In this document: piece after piece, positions 29,079 to 39,888 of the stretch
Numbering within the stretch: the first letter of the stretch is position 1
How the letters are laid out: the number at the start of each line of letters is the position of its first letter
From: an uncultured Bdellovibrionales bacterium
GTDB lineage: Bacteria; Patescibacteriota; Minisyncoccia; Moranbacterales; UBA9337
Assembly: GCA_964605525.1 (NCBI GenBank)
Contig: CAZSCV010000003.1
Span: 4,227 to 68,226, forward strand
Length of the DNA: 64,000 nt
Reading direction: 5' to 3'
Position numbers and translations under genes: made by a program
Notes under the pieces: model-generated
The model's input: the letters and a program-made list of their open reading frames with translations, nothing else
Told to the model about the DNA's origin: nothing
Databases searched by the model: none

Positions 29079-29873
29079 ATGGAAAATATTATTGAGGTTA
29101 AAAATTTGGTAAAAAAGTTTGATGATATAACTGCCGTCGACGGTGTTTCTTTTTCTGTGGCGAGGGGAGAAATTTTTGCGTTTCTTGGTCCAAACGGCGC
29201 TGGAAAAACTACTACGATAAAAATGTTTACAACTCTTCTTCAGCCGACAAGCGGCAGTATATTGATCAATGGATTTGATCCTGTAACTAATCCTGACGAT
29301 GTCCGCCGTTCTTTTGGAATAATTTTCCAGGATCCGAGTCTTGATGATGAACTCACTGCTTTTGAAAATTTGGAATTTCACGGCGTTTTGTATGGCGTTC
29401 CTAAAAAAATCCGCCGGGAAAGAATTGGCGAGTTGCTTAAAATAGTAGACCTTGAAAAAAGGCGGAATGATTTGGTAAAAGAATTTTCCGGAGGAATGAA
29501 ACGTCGACTTGAAATTGCCAGAGGGATTTTGCACCATCCGAAAATAATATTTCTTGACGAACCGACATTGGGTCTTGATCCGCAGACGAGGAATTATTTG
29601 TGGGGATATATCAATGATATGAATAAAAAAGAGGGAATAACGGTTTTTTTCAGCACTCATTATATGGAAGAAGCGGATCGTATGTCGGATCGTATTGCTG
29701 TTATTGATAATGGAAAAATAATCGCAGAAGGAACTGCTTCCGATTTGAAAGAAAAAACGAAAACGGAAACATTGGAGGACGCATTCCTTAGTCTTACCGG
29801 CAAGCAAATTCGCGAGGAGGGTGCTAGTAGTGTTGATAAATTAAGAAATATGAGTCGATTATGGAGAAGATGA
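29079..29873 (+). CDS. ABC transporter ATP-binding protein (ABC-2 type exporter)
   Basis: Walker A GPNGAGKTT, signature SGGMKRRL and Walker B IIFLDEPT. Start moved to MENIIEV. Confidence 0.85.
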   Translation: MENIIEVKNLVKKFDDITAVDGVSFSVARGEIFAFLGPNGAGKTTTIKMFTTLLQPTSGSILINGFDPVTNPDDVRRSFGIIFQDPSLDDELTAFENLEFHGVLYGVPKKIRRERIGELLKIVDLEKRRNDLVKEFSGGMKRRLEIARGILHHPKIIFLDEPTLGLDPQTRNYLWGYINDMNKKEGITVFFSTHYMEEADRMSDRIAVIDNGKIIAEGTASDLKEKTKTETLEDAFLSLTGKQIREEGASSVDKLRNMSRLWRR

Positions 29874-30628
29874 CAAATTATTTGAAAATAATATTTATTC
29901 TTTGGTTAAGACAGATTAAAAGATACTACCGTTCGCGCGCCAGGATGATCGGATCTCTTGCTCAGCCGGTGCTTTTTTTGGTGGCTCTTGGATTTGGGTT
30001 CGGACCGATTTACCAGAAAGCGGGTGGCGGAAATTATATTCAGTTTATCGCTCCCGGAATAATTTCGATGAGTATACTTTTTACGGCGATGTTTTCTGGA
30101 ATTGAAGTGATTTATGACCGGCAATTTGGATTTCTCAAGGAAACATTAGTAGCGCCGGTTCCGCGCTGGACAATAATGTTAGGAAGAACTTTCGGAGGAG
30201 CGACGGTTGCGACCTTGCAGGGACTGGTAGTGTTTTTCATTGCTTTATGGGTCGGTTTTCGTCCGGAAAATATATTTTTGGCTCCATTTGCTCTGATATT
30301 TATGATATTGATCGCTTTTTTCTTTACGGCATTTGGAACGGCGATTGCTTCAAAAATGGAGGATATGCAAGCGTTTCCTATTATTATGAACTTTTTGATT
30401 ATGCCTCTTTTCTTTTTGTCCGGCGCGCTATTTCCTCTTAGCGGACTTCCGAAATCGATACAGTTAATTGCTTATGCTAATCCTCTGTCATACGGAGTGG
30501 ATGGAATCAGAGGGATTCTTTCCGGACAAATGCATTTTACTTTCCATGCCGATTTTTTTATACTGTCAATTCTTACTGTTATTGTTTTGGCTGTCGGCAG
30601 TTATCTTTTTTCCAAGATTGAGGTTTGA
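29861..30628 (+). CDS. ABC-2 family transporter permease
   Basis: Six TM segments. It overlaps the ATPase gene end. Confidence 0.75.
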   Translation: MEKMTNYLKIIFILWLRQIKRYYRSRARMIGSLAQPVLFLVALGFGFGPIYQKAGGGNYIQFIAPGIISMSILFTAMFSGIEVIYDRQFGFLKETLVAPVPRWTIMLGRTFGGATVATLQGLVVFFIALWVGFRPENIFLAPFALIFMILIAFFFTAFGTAIASKMEDMQAFPIIMNFLIMPLFFLSGALFPLSGLPKSIQLIAYANPLSYGVDGIRGILSGQMHFTFHADFFILSILTVIVLAVGSYLFSKIEV

Positions 30629-30694
30629 CGCTTGAATATTTTGTAATTTTTTTATTCTGAAGAAGAAAATATGTAATTGGTGTTTGCTGGATTA

Positions 30695-32146
30695 TTATTT
30701 TTCCAAATCCAAAATTTCGTCAATGCGGACTTGCTCGACGAATTCCGGTACGTGGCTCACTAGAATCATTGCGCCCTTGTAGTCATTCAGGGCTTTGGCA
30801 ATAATGGGCAAATGGCGAAAATTGATGTGATTGGTCGGTTCATCCAAAATGAGCAGTCCCGGATGTTGGAGTGTCAGGCGGGCAAAAGCCACCAATCCTT
30901 TTTGCCCTTCAGAGAGCGATCCGATTTTGGCGCCGATAATTTTTTTATCAATAAGAAATCCAGAGGCGATAGAGCGCATCACTTCCTCGTCTTTTTTCTC
31001 CATTACTTCCAAAAGCGAATCGTGGACAGTATCTTCAAAATTGAGCGTCGAGAAATCTTGGCGGTAATATCCAACTTTGATTCCGTCGGCAATTTTGGCG
31101 TTTTTGGATTTTCCTGATGCTAGTGATTCAAGCAGGGTGCTTTTTCCAATTCCGTTGGGTCCGGCAAGCAATAAATGAGTATTTTTCTTGAGAGAAATTT
31201 CTACCTTTTTTTCTGTCGGTTGGTGGTCCTTGATAACTGTGAGCGAGTTGATGCTAAGAATTTCTCCCAGCAGTTCTTCTTGAGCAGGAATATCAAAGTT
31301 TCTAATTGCTTTGTCCTCGCGGCGCACGTCAACCTTGGATTCTTCCATTTCCGCCGCCTTGTCGCGCATTTTTCGTGCGACCAAGCGCATTTTTCCTCCC
31401 TTGTTGGCGAAAAAGTTAGCCTTTTCTTTGTTGGCGATAATTTCTTTTTCATATTGCGCGTTTTTCATTTTTTCTTTTTCGATTCGGTCCGCGATTTCCG
31501 CCACCACAACATAATAATCTCCGAGATATTGCTCTATTTTGTGCGTAAAAATATCCAAATAAAGCACTCCATCCGTGAAAGAATTCAAAAAGTCCGCATC
31601 ATGAGAAATTACGATGCAAGTTTTTCCATAGTTCATTAAAAACTGGGTGAGGTGGGCGATTCCTGCTTTGTCTAAGTTGTTGGTTGGTTCGTCGAGAATT
31701 AGCAAATCCGGATTTTGGATTAGTGCCGATGCCAAGAGAAGCCGCGCTTGCTGTCCGCCAGAAAAACTTTTGATTATTTTTTCGTGCGGGGCTTTTAAAT
31801 TTACCAATTCAAGTACTTTGTCGATTTTTGGAGCGATGCTGTATATTTTTTCGTCGAAACATTTTTCGAAAAATTCTTTAACGGAAAGCTCCATTTGCTC
31901 GCGTGGGATGACTTGTTTGGCGTAGGCGATTTTGAGGCTTGGATCGACATAAATTGAACCGTCATCTGCTTTGAGCGAGCCGGTAATTAAATTGAGGACG
32001 GTGCTTTTTCCGGCTCCATTTTGCCCCATAATTGTCATTTTTGTTCCGGCGCGAAGCGCAAAAGAAGCCTCATCGAGGATTGGTTTGCCGTGCCCATATT
32101 CAAATGAAACCTTGTTAAAACGTATTGCTACATCGTCTTTTGCCAT
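30695..32146 (-). CDS. ABC-F family ATPase (tandem ABC domains, no TMD)
   Basis: Two Walker A sites (GQNGAGKST, GPNGIGKST), two signatures (SGGQQARL, SEGQKG) and an inter-domain linker. Confidence 0.85.
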   Translation of the reverse strand: MAKDDVAIRFNKVSFEYGHGKPILDEASFALRAGTKMTIMGQNGAGKSTVLNLITGSLKADDGSIYVDPSLKIAYAKQVIPREQMELSVKEFFEKCFDEKIYSIAPKIDKVLELVNLKAPHEKIIKSFSGGQQARLLLASALIQNPDLLILDEPTNNLDKAGIAHLTQFLMNYGKTCIVISHDADFLNSFTDGVLYLDIFTHKIEQYLGDYYVVVAEIADRIEKEKMKNAQYEKEIIANKEKANFFANKGGKMRLVARKMRDKAAEMEESKVDVRREDKAIRNFDIPAQEELLGEILSINSLTVIKDHQPTEKKVEISLKKNTHLLLAGPNGIGKSTLLESLASGKSKNAKIADGIKVGYYRQDFSTLNFEDTVHDSLLEVMEKKDEEVMRSIASGFLIDKKIIGAKIGSLSEGQKGLVAFARLTLQHPGLLILDEPTNHINFRHLPIIAKALNDYKGAMILVSHVPEFVEQVRIDEILDLEK

Positions 32147-32229
32147 ATGTTTGATTTTGAAAATTCAATTTACGCGCTTGAATTTCAATAGTACAGTACT
32201 TTTTGTAATTTGAAAAGTGCCAGGTTTAT

Positions 32230-33198
32230 TTATCCCAAAACTATGTTAAAAAGATAGCCGGTAAAGATGATTCCCGTTGCGACTATGCCGGCGAAAATAA
32301 GAATCAATTTTAATTTCATCACTTTTTTGAGAATCAGAAATTCCGGCAGTGAAAGTCCGGTTACTGCCATCATAAAAGCCAGGCTTGTTCCTATCGCCAC
32401 GCCTTTTTCAGTAAGGACGCCAACTAACGGAATGACTCCGGCGGCGTTGGAATAGAGCGGAACACCAATCAGGACAGCTAGCGGTACGGCGTACCATTTG
32501 TCACTTCCGGCGTATTGCATCAAGAAATCAGTCGGTACATAACCATGAATCCACGCGCCGATGCCAATTCCAATTAAAATATATAGCCAAACTTTTTTAA
32601 TAATTCCAATGGTGTAATTTTTGGCATAATCAATTCTTTGTTTCCAATTCAAAGACGGCAATAAGAGTTTTCCATTTTGATTGTTTTTGCAGATGAACTC
32701 CTCCACCAGATTTTCTACTTTCAAATGAGAAATGATAATCCCAGAAGCAATGGCAATGATTAAACCGCTTGCGACATAAAGAGAGGCGATTTTCCATCCA
32801 AACATTCCAAAAAGTAGGACTAGCGCCACTTCGTTGATCATCGGCGAAGCAACGAGAAATGAAAAAGTTGTCCCGAGCGGAACGCCGGCTTCCAAAAAAC
32901 CCAAAAACAATGGAATCGCACTGCAGGTGCAAAATGGAGTAATGATTCCAAGAAGTGAGGCTAAAACATTTCCGACATATTTTTTCTTATGCGAAAGAAT
33001 GTTTTTGATTTTTTCCGGAGGCAGGAATGACCGGATAATCGACACTGTGAAAATTATCACAATCAAAAGCAAGAGAATTTTTATCGTATCGAAAATAAAA
33101 AAGTTAACTGCTGATGCGAGTAGCGTTTCTTTATCAATGTCGAATATTGAATAAGTGATCCAATCGGCGAAAAGTTGGATTAAGTAAAATGTATTCAT
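32230..33198 (-). CDS. DUF318-type permease
   Basis: Polytopic with CTC/ASP-like motifs, in an operon with the thioredoxin-like protein and ArsR. Confidence 0.65.
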   Translation of the reverse strand: MNTFYLIQLFADWITYSIFDIDKETLLASAVNFFIFDTIKILLLLIVIIFTVSIIRSFLPPEKIKNILSHKKKYVGNVLASLLGIITPFCTCSAIPLFLGFLEAGVPLGTTFSFLVASPMINEVALVLLFGMFGWKIASLYVASGLIIAIASGIIISHLKVENLVEEFICKNNQNGKLLLPSLNWKQRIDYAKNYTIGIIKKVWLYILIGIGIGAWIHGYVPTDFLMQYAGSDKWYAVPLAVLIGVPLYSNAAGVIPLVGVLTEKGVAIGTSLAFMMAVTGLSLPEFLILKKVMKLKLILIFAGIVATGIIFTGYLFNIVLG

Positions 33199-33200
33199 TA

Positions 33201-33434
33201 TTATTTTTGGAGAAAAGCTATTATTTCTTTTACTTCTGCCACTCTTCCAAAAACCTTGATTTCTTCATTGATAAGTAGGGCGGGCGTACTCATAACTCCA
33301 TAACTCATAATATCTTGAATTTCAGTTATTTTTTCAATTTCATTCTGTAAGTTTAATTCTTTCAATGCTTGTTTCGTGTTGGCTTCCAATTTTTGGCAAT
33401 TAGGACAGCCGGTGCCCAAAATTTTAATATTCAT
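33201..33434 (-). CDS. thioredoxin-family redox-active disulfide protein
   Basis: 77 aa with a GCPNC active site. Confidence 0.7.
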   Translation of the reverse strand: MNIKILGTGCPNCQKLEANTKQALKELNLQNEIEKITEIQDIMSYGVMSTPALLINEEIKVFGRVAEVKEIIAFLQK

Positions 33435-33438
33435 TTTT

Positions 33439-33747
33439 TTATTTTATTAGTTGATTAAAAATTTTCTGGTATTTCTTGATGGATTTTTTGTTGAGAGAGT
33501 AGCGGATGAAATTTCCTTCGCGTTTTTCAGAAAGTAAATCAATATTTTTGAGTTGTTTGAGATGGTGCGAAACCAGCTTGTCGGATATTCCAATTTCTGG
33601 AACTATTTCACATACGCATTTGGAGCTTTTTCTCAGAACGCAAAGTATTTTCAATCTGTTTGGATCAGAAATAGCGCGAAGAAAAGCGTATGTTTTACTG
33701 ATATTTTCCGCTTCCGCAGAATTTTTGGCGCAACATTCAAATTTCAT
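33439..33747 (-). CDS. ArsR/SmtB family transcriptional regulator
   Basis: AISDPNRLKILCVL...CVCEIV...LVSHHLKQLK HTH with a metal-sensing Cys pair. Confidence 0.8.
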   Translation of the reverse strand: MKFECCAKNSAEAENISKTYAFLRAISDPNRLKILCVLRKSSKCVCEIVPEIGISDKLVSHHLKQLKNIDLLSEKREGNFIRYSLNKKSIKKYQKIFNQLIK

Positions 33748-33852
33748 AAAATTATACTATTCTAATATATATTAGAATAGTATGCCATTTTATTATGCGT
33801 GTCAAGGCAGTATATTTTATTGATTATTTCCTGTCGGAAAAAAAGCGAGATT

Positions 33853-34653
33853 TTATTCAACACTGATCATAATTTTTTTTCCAGTAGTCACATTTCCTCC
33901 ATTCCAATCGTGAAGTGCATTCATCAATACAGATGCCTTGTATATATAGTCCGCTCCTTTTCTGGTTCCTGGATCATTGGTAATGAAATCTCCTGATTTT
34001 GTGTATCCTTTGACAACGAGCATATGATAGATTGGTCCCGGTTGTTTGAAATTCGGATTACCGAGCTGTTGTCCGGCAAAGGGAAGGATTAATACTTTGT
34101 TTTCCGCCAATGCGTTTTGAATGTCTGTGATAGAAGGATTATTGATGATAGCTATATTTTTTAAGTTAAAATATTCTCGGAGAACCATAGCTGTTTCTTC
34201 GATAGTGGTATCTTGATAAAATCCAAGTTTTTCCATTTCGAATTTTTGGAGTGCTTTTAATTTTTTGTCAGCATCTTCCGGATCGGAAATCGTTTGACTT
34301 TTGGCATAGCTGGCTGCCATTAGCATCGATGCTTCTTCGCAGAATTCTTGGTAGGGCATATTCCAGTTTTGATGTGGCGATTGGGATGTAAAAGGAACTT
34401 TCAAGTTTACGTATTCGGGCAGTGTCTGGATATTTTCCAGAGCAGATTCTGAAGATGATGACGGAGGATTTGTGTTTTCGGAAGATTCTGGAGGGGTGTC
34501 TGCCGTTTGCGTTATTTCGGACACTTCGGAAGAAGGAGGGATGGAAATAACGGAAGAAGTGGAGGGCGGATCGTTTTTGAAATCGAAAAAGAACCATCTC
34601 GCTGAAACGAGTATAAAAATAACGAAAATTATGAATAAATATTTTAATTTCAA
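33853..34653 (-). CDS. secreted C39-like peptidase-domain protein
   Basis: N-terminal TM helix, a P/S-rich linker and a C-terminal C39_2-like domain (NLKVPFTSQSPHQNWNMPYQEFCEEAS...YHMLVVKGY). Confidence 0.5.
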   Translation of the reverse strand: MKLKYLFIIFVIFILVSARWFFFDFKNDPPSTSSVISIPPSSEVSEITQTADTPPESSENTNPPSSSSESALENIQTLPEYVNLKVPFTSQSPHQNWNMPYQEFCEEASMLMAASYAKSQTISDPEDADKKLKALQKFEMEKLGFYQDTTIEETAMVLREYFNLKNIAIINNPSITDIQNALAENKVLILPFAGQQLGNPNFKQPGPIYHMLVVKGYTKSGDFITNDPGTRKGADYIYKASVLMNALHDWNGGNVTTGKKIMISVE

Positions 34654-34792
34654 AATAAGATGGCGCTTTTAATAGGTATACTTTATTCTACCACTATATT
34701 TTTTAACGGAAAACCTGTCGTTTTAATGGCTTGACAGTTTAATAGTTTATTGATAAACTATTTAGGTGTCAACTTTTTAATAATATTTTTTT

Positions 34793-35263
34793 ATGAAAAT
34801 AACTAATTCTTTTTCGCCAGCCGAAGCAATGATTTGCCTGTCACATAGACTTGAATTGATTGCTGATAAATATATTTTTAAGCCGATGGGCTTGTCCTCA
34901 ATTAGTGTAAAAATACTGATGTTGTTGAAAAATGGGAGTCAGATGACTGTAAGTGAGTTGATTAAAAAAACTGGAGCGACAAAGTCGAATATGAGTCAGC
35001 GACTGACTTTTCTGGAAAAGGAACAATATATCACCAGGAATTATGCCAGCGACAGTAATGATAAGCGCAAAGTATTAATTAAGCTCACTTTTTCCGGGAA
35101 GAAAAGAATAATTGATTTGAAAAAAAGATTGGAAAAGGCGCAAATTTCTTTTGAAAAAAAATTTACCGCCAAAGAGGTTTCCCAGCATAAGGATTTTATC
35201 AAAAAAATGAATTTGATTCTTGATAATGAAGAAGATAAATTGGAAAAAATATTTAAGTTTTAA
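34793..35263 (+). CDS. MarR family transcriptional regulator
   Basis: wHTH QMTVSELIKKTGATKSNMSQRLTFLEKEQYI. Confidence 0.75.
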   Translation: MKITNSFSPAEAMICLSHRLELIADKYIFKPMGLSSISVKILMLLKNGSQMTVSELIKKTGATKSNMSQRLTFLEKEQYITRNYASDSNDKRKVLIKLTFSGKKRIIDLKKRLEKAQISFEKKFTAKEVSQHKDFIKKMNLILDNEEDKLEKIFKF

Positions 35264-35271
35264 AAAATTAT

Positions 35272-36381
35272 ATGAATAAGAAAAAAATTATCGTATCTAT
35301 ATTCGTGGTCGCAGTTGCTTTTTCTGCGTCTGCAATTTTATCTGGAAAAAAACCGGCATCATCCCAGGATGCGCCCAGGAAGCCTATTGGTATTTTTGTT
35401 CAGTCAGCTGCCGATAGTAAAATAATCGTGCAAAAAAATCAATTTCCGGCAATGTTTGTGGGAGATCAAGAGATTAAAATTACTGCAAAATCCGCCGGAA
35501 CGGTTGTGAGTGCCACAGGCGATATCGGAAGTAGGGTTGCAGTGGGATCGCTGTTGGCGAGAATTGATGATTCCGGATCATTGGCGGTCGGTGAAAAAGG
35601 TTTTCAAAATATTCAAGTTCAGCAATTGCAACTCGTAGCGGAGCAGGCGAAAAAATCCTATGGTCTTGCAAAAGATGAATATGCCCGCTTGAAGGATTCT
35701 AGCAGTGCAAGCAGTGCAGAAAAAGACAGCGCCAAAACTCAAAGAAATATTGCAAAATTGCAGTATGAAAATGCGATACTCGGTCTTAATGGTTCAATTG
35801 ATAGTCGCTTGATTACAAGTCCGATTTCCGGGGTGATTACGAATAAGGCTGTTTCTGTTGGTGATTCTGTTTCTGTTGGACAGCTCATTGCCGTCGTCAG
35901 TAAATCTTCTAATATTAAAGTTCAATTTTATGTCGATCAGGAGCAACGCACTTTGTTGAATTACGGGCAAGAAGTTGTTGCGCTGGACGATGCCAATAAT
36001 TCAATTCCGTTGATAATTCGAAATATTTCAGTTGTGGCGGACCAATCTACAAAACGCTTTTTAATTGAAGCTTATCCTAAGAATCGTGACGCGAAAGGAT
36101 TGTTTTCTGGAACAATTGCAATCGTTGATATTGAAAATATAATAAAACCAAGCATAGACAGTAATTTTATTTTGCCATTGTCCGTAATTAATGTTGGTCA
36201 AAATGAAGATTATATTTTCACGGTTGAAAATAATATTGTTAAAAAAGTCATTGTGGAGATCGTGAAGGTTAATGGGGAAACTGTAGAAATTTCCGCTCAA
36301 ATTTCTCCGGAAACTATGATTATAACAGATGGCAATAAACTCGTGCAGGAAGGGGAGAGTGTAGAAATAAAAAGGCAATAA
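35272..36381 (+). CDS. RND efflux periplasmic adaptor (membrane fusion protein)
   Basis: N-terminal TM helix with lipoyl and beta-barrel domain motifs (SLLARIDD, ITSPISGVI). Confidence 0.7.
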   Translation: MNKKKIIVSIFVVAVAFSASAILSGKKPASSQDAPRKPIGIFVQSAADSKIIVQKNQFPAMFVGDQEIKITAKSAGTVVSATGDIGSRVAVGSLLARIDDSGSLAVGEKGFQNIQVQQLQLVAEQAKKSYGLAKDEYARLKDSSSASSAEKDSAKTQRNIAKLQYENAILGLNGSIDSRLITSPISGVITNKAVSVGDSVSVGQLIAVVSKSSNIKVQFYVDQEQRTLLNYGQEVVALDDANNSIPLIIRNISVVADQSTKRFLIEAYPKNRDAKGLFSGTIAIVDIENIIKPSIDSNFILPLSVINVGQNEDYIFTVENNIVKKVIVEIVKVNGETVEISAQISPETMIITDGNKLVQEGESVEIKRQ

Positions 36382-36391
36382 TAAATAAATT

Positions 36392-39300
36392 ATGGATAAT
36401 CAGAAAAAAAATAGTTTTCAATCGTCAGATTCTGCGTATTTGGAAAAGTTGGAATTCAGGCCTGAACTCAAAAAAACTTGGCTTAATTTTTTTGTTTCAA
36501 ATTTCCGAGTGGTTATTCTTTTGATAATTTTAATTTCCGGCTGGGGGATGTATTCTTTTTTGCAGTTGCCACGCGAGTCGAATCCGGAAGTGAAAATTGC
36601 TACTGCGATTATTAGTGCGTCATATCCCGGAGTGCCTCCTTCTGATATGGAAGAGCTTGTTACGAAGAAAATAGAAACCGCTATTTCTGGTGTAAGCGGA
36701 ATTAATAAAATCACATCCACTTCAGCAAATTCATCTTCAACCGTAGTGGTTGAATTTGATGCTGATCAAAATATCGACGAAGCAATTAGAAGATTGAGAG
36801 ATAAACTTCCGGCAATTAGAAATGATATTCCTGAGGATGCATCAGATCCGCAAGTAATGGAAATTTCACTGGACGACACCCCGATTGTAACTTTTGCTCT
36901 TGTTGGTCCGTATGATGGATTTACATTAAGAACATATGGAGAAAAAATTCAAGATGAATTGGAAAAAATTCCCGGAATCAGGGAAGTGAACATTTCCGGA
37001 GGAGATCAATCAGAGTTTGAAGTTGCTTATGATCCGCAAAAATTGGCACTTTATAATATTTCTGTTGAGCGGTCAAATCAAGAAATTTCCGCGGCAAATC
37101 ACGCGATTCCTGCTGGAAATTTTGAAGGGTCGGAATTCAATAATCCTGTTCGAGCTGATGGTCGATTTTATACCGCCAAGGATTTGGGTGAAATTCCGAT
37201 TTTTCATACCGAACAAGGAGCGGTGGTTTTCTTGAAAGATATTGCAGATGTTTCTGAGAAATCTATCGAGAAGACTATTTATTCACGTTTTTCTCTTGAT
37301 GGAAAAAAACCTCAAAATGCTATTACGCTGCAAGTTGTTAAGAGAACAGGCGGTTCAATTATTGAAACAGTAGACAGTGCGCAGAAAAAAATAGATCAAA
37401 TGATTAAAACTTTTCCGGCCGGAATTACATATGACGACACAATTAATCAGGCGGAGAATATCGGGAAAGATTTCAATCAACTGACTCACGACTTTTTATT
37501 AACGTTGTCTTTAGTGGTGGGAATTTTGTTTCTTGTTGTGGGATTAAAAGAAGCACTCGTGGCGGGAATTGCAATTCCGTTGGTTTTTTTCGTGACTTTC
37601 GGTGTGATGCAGGCAACGGGAACTTCTCTTAATTTTCTTTCGATTTTTGCATTGCTTCTTTCATTGGGTCTTCTGGTAGACGATGCTATTGTGGTGGTTT
37701 CTGCCACTAAGCAATATATGAAAACCGGAAAATTCACGCCGGAAGAAGCTGTTTTGCTGGTTCTTAATGATTTTAAAGTGGTTTTGGTTTCAACGACACT
37801 TGCCACTGTTTGGGCATTTTTACCTCTTTTAATGGCATCGGGAATAATAGGACAGTTTATCAAATCAATTCCTATTACCGTTTCTGTGACATTAATTTCA
37901 TCCCTTTTGATTGCTCTTGTTGTTAATCATCCTTTGGCGGCAGTACTTGAAAGGGTTAGGATGACAAAGAAATTATTTTGGCTTGTTTTTACTCTTGTTT
38001 TGGGATTGGGATTGTTAATAGTAGCGCGCCATTCGATTGGAGGATATGTATTCGCAGTATTTTTATTTGGTATTATAGTCCGGATGATTTTTTGGTATTT
38101 TAACAAGGGGGAAAATATTTTGCGGAAAAATGCAATTTTAGTTGAAAGAGAATGGGAGGATGATGAAAATATTAAACGGAAATTACTCTCTCAAGGAAAT
38201 CGGGAAGAGGCAACTTTTTTTGGAAAAATTATTCACGGAGTTATTCATTTTGATCGCGTTCTTCCAGTTTATGAAAAATATTTAAGAATGATTACGATGT
38301 CGCGAAAACGTAGGATTATCACCTTGCTTTCAGCAGTTATTCTTTTCCTTTTCGCAATAGCATTGCCAATTACCGGAGTTGTGAAAACTGAATTTTTTCC
38401 TGTATCGGATGGGGATGCTTTGTATTTGAGCATACGCGGACCGGTTGGTTTGAATTTAGATCAAACGGATGCAATTACTCAAGAAGTGGAAAAAAGATTG
38501 TTAAAAACTCCTGATATTGTGAATTTTTCTACAATCGTAGGTAATCCAGGATCAACTTCGAAAATCGGAGAAGGAGGATTGAATAATTCTAATACTGCCT
38601 CGATCACGATTAAACTCACAGATCCGGAAGATCGCAATATTAAGGCATATAATATTGCCGATGAAATTCGTCAATCTCTTGCTGATATTCAAGATGCGAC
38701 AATTACAGTTTCTACTCCTTCCGGCGGTCCTCCTTCCGGTAAAGCTTTTCAGGCACAAATAAGCGGAGAAAATTTGCAGACGCTGGATAAGATAGCTAAT
38801 GATTTAAAGCCACTAGTCGATTCTATTTCAGGAACAGTTAATTCGGATATTTCTCTTAAAGATGCACCGGCAGAATATACATTTATTCTTGATAGTGCAA
38901 AAATGGAATTGTATGATCTTAATACTGGCATTGTCGGATCTACTTTGCGTACGGCGATTTCAGGAACATCTGTGACAACAGTTATTCGTGAAAATAAAGA
39001 TGTAGAAGTGATCGCACGCTTTGCCAAGGATAAAATTCCAACTCTGGATGCTATCAGAAATTTGCAAATTTTGAATGCAAAAAATCAACCAGTTTTCATT
39101 AAGAATGTCGCGACCGTAAAATTAACTCCGTCAGTTGGTTCAATTTCACGCATCAATCAAAAACGGACAGTTTTATTGACGGCGGATGTGAGCGGAACCG
39201 CGAGTTCAACTGAAGTTGTTAAGGAATTTCAAAAAAAGATTGCAGAAGATTATTCGTTGCCGGAAGGATATGAAATAAGTTATGGAGGGGAAAATGAACA

Positions 39301-39802
39301 AAATACGGAATCCGTGCTTTCAATTATTCGCGCTATGGTTATTGCTATGATTTTGATTGTTTCAACGCTTGTGATTCAATTCAATTCATTTAAGAAGGCG
39401 ATTATTGTGCTCGTCACGCTTCCGTTGGCTCTTATTGGTGTTTTCTTTGGTATGGCTCTTTTGAAAGTGAATTTGAGTTTTCCCGGGCTTATTGGAATTC
39501 TTGCACTTTTCGGAATCGTAGTTAAAAATGCCATTATTTTGATTGATAAGATTAATCTTAATATTAAATCGGGAATTCCTTTTGATGAATCTGTCATTGA
39601 TGCGGGAAAATCCAGGCTCGAGGCGATTTTCATTACTTCAATCGTAACTATTGCTGGTATTATTCCAATCACGCTTTCCAATGAAACATGGACGGCTCTC
39701 GGTAGCGCTGTGATTTTCGGACTTTCCATATCATCATTCTTCACGCTGTTTATTGTCCCGACATTATATATGACATTTATCGATAAAAAAGAACGGTTTT
39801 AA
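36392..39802 (+). CDS. RND superfamily efflux pump (AcrB/HAE1-like)
   Basis: 1136 aa, 12-TM topology with two large periplasmic loops and conserved TM4/TM10 regions. Confidence 0.9.
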   Translation: MDNQKKNSFQSSDSAYLEKLEFRPELKKTWLNFFVSNFRVVILLIILISGWGMYSFLQLPRESNPEVKIATAIISASYPGVPPSDMEELVTKKIETAISGVSGINKITSTSANSSSTVVVEFDADQNIDEAIRRLRDKLPAIRNDIPEDASDPQVMEISLDDTPIVTFALVGPYDGFTLRTYGEKIQDELEKIPGIREVNISGGDQSEFEVAYDPQKLALYNISVERSNQEISAANHAIPAGNFEGSEFNNPVRADGRFYTAKDLGEIPIFHTEQGAVVFLKDIADVSEKSIEKTIYSRFSLDGKKPQNAITLQVVKRTGGSIIETVDSAQKKIDQMIKTFPAGITYDDTINQAENIGKDFNQLTHDFLLTLSLVVGILFLVVGLKEALVAGIAIPLVFFVTFGVMQATGTSLNFLSIFALLLSLGLLVDDAIVVVSATKQYMKTGKFTPEEAVLLVLNDFKVVLVSTTLATVWAFLPLLMASGIIGQFIKSIPITVSVTLISSLLIALVVNHPLAAVLERVRMTKKLFWLVFTLVLGLGLLIVARHSIGGYVFAVFLFGIIVRMIFWYFNKGENILRKNAILVEREWEDDENIKRKLLSQGNREEATFFGKIIHGVIHFDRVLPVYEKYLRMITMSRKRRIITLLSAVILFLFAIALPITGVVKTEFFPVSDGDALYLSIRGPVGLNLDQTDAITQEVEKRLLKTPDIVNFSTIVGNPGSTSKIGEGGLNNSNTASITIKLTDPEDRNIKAYNIADEIRQSLADIQDATITVSTPSGGPPSGKAFQAQISGENLQTLDKIANDLKPLVDSISGTVNSDISLKDAPAEYTFILDSAKMELYDLNTGIVGSTLRTAISGTSVTTVIRENKDVEVIARFAKDKIPTLDAIRNLQILNAKNQPVFIKNVATVKLTPSVGSISRINQKRTVLLTADVSGTASSTEVVKEFQKKIAEDYSLPEGYEISYGGENEQNTESVLSIIRAMVIAMILIVSTLVIQFNSFKKAIIVLVTLPLALIGVFFGMALLKVNLSFPGLIGILALFGIVVKNAIILIDKINLNIKSGIPFDESVIDAGKSRLEAIFITSIVTIAGIIPITLSNETWTALGSAVIFGLSISSFFTLFIVPTLYMTFIDKKERF

Positions 39803-39888
39803 TATCCAAACTGGTAGATGTATATCCGCCGAAGTATGCTATAATGGCAACACTCAAATAAAATTGAAATTACAATAAAAAAATAAAA

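Noticed and set aside
29019-29807. 262-aa minus-strand ORF across the ABC ATPase gene
   Set aside because: It is antisense to a gene with canonical Walker A, signature and Walker B motifs and has no motifs of its own.
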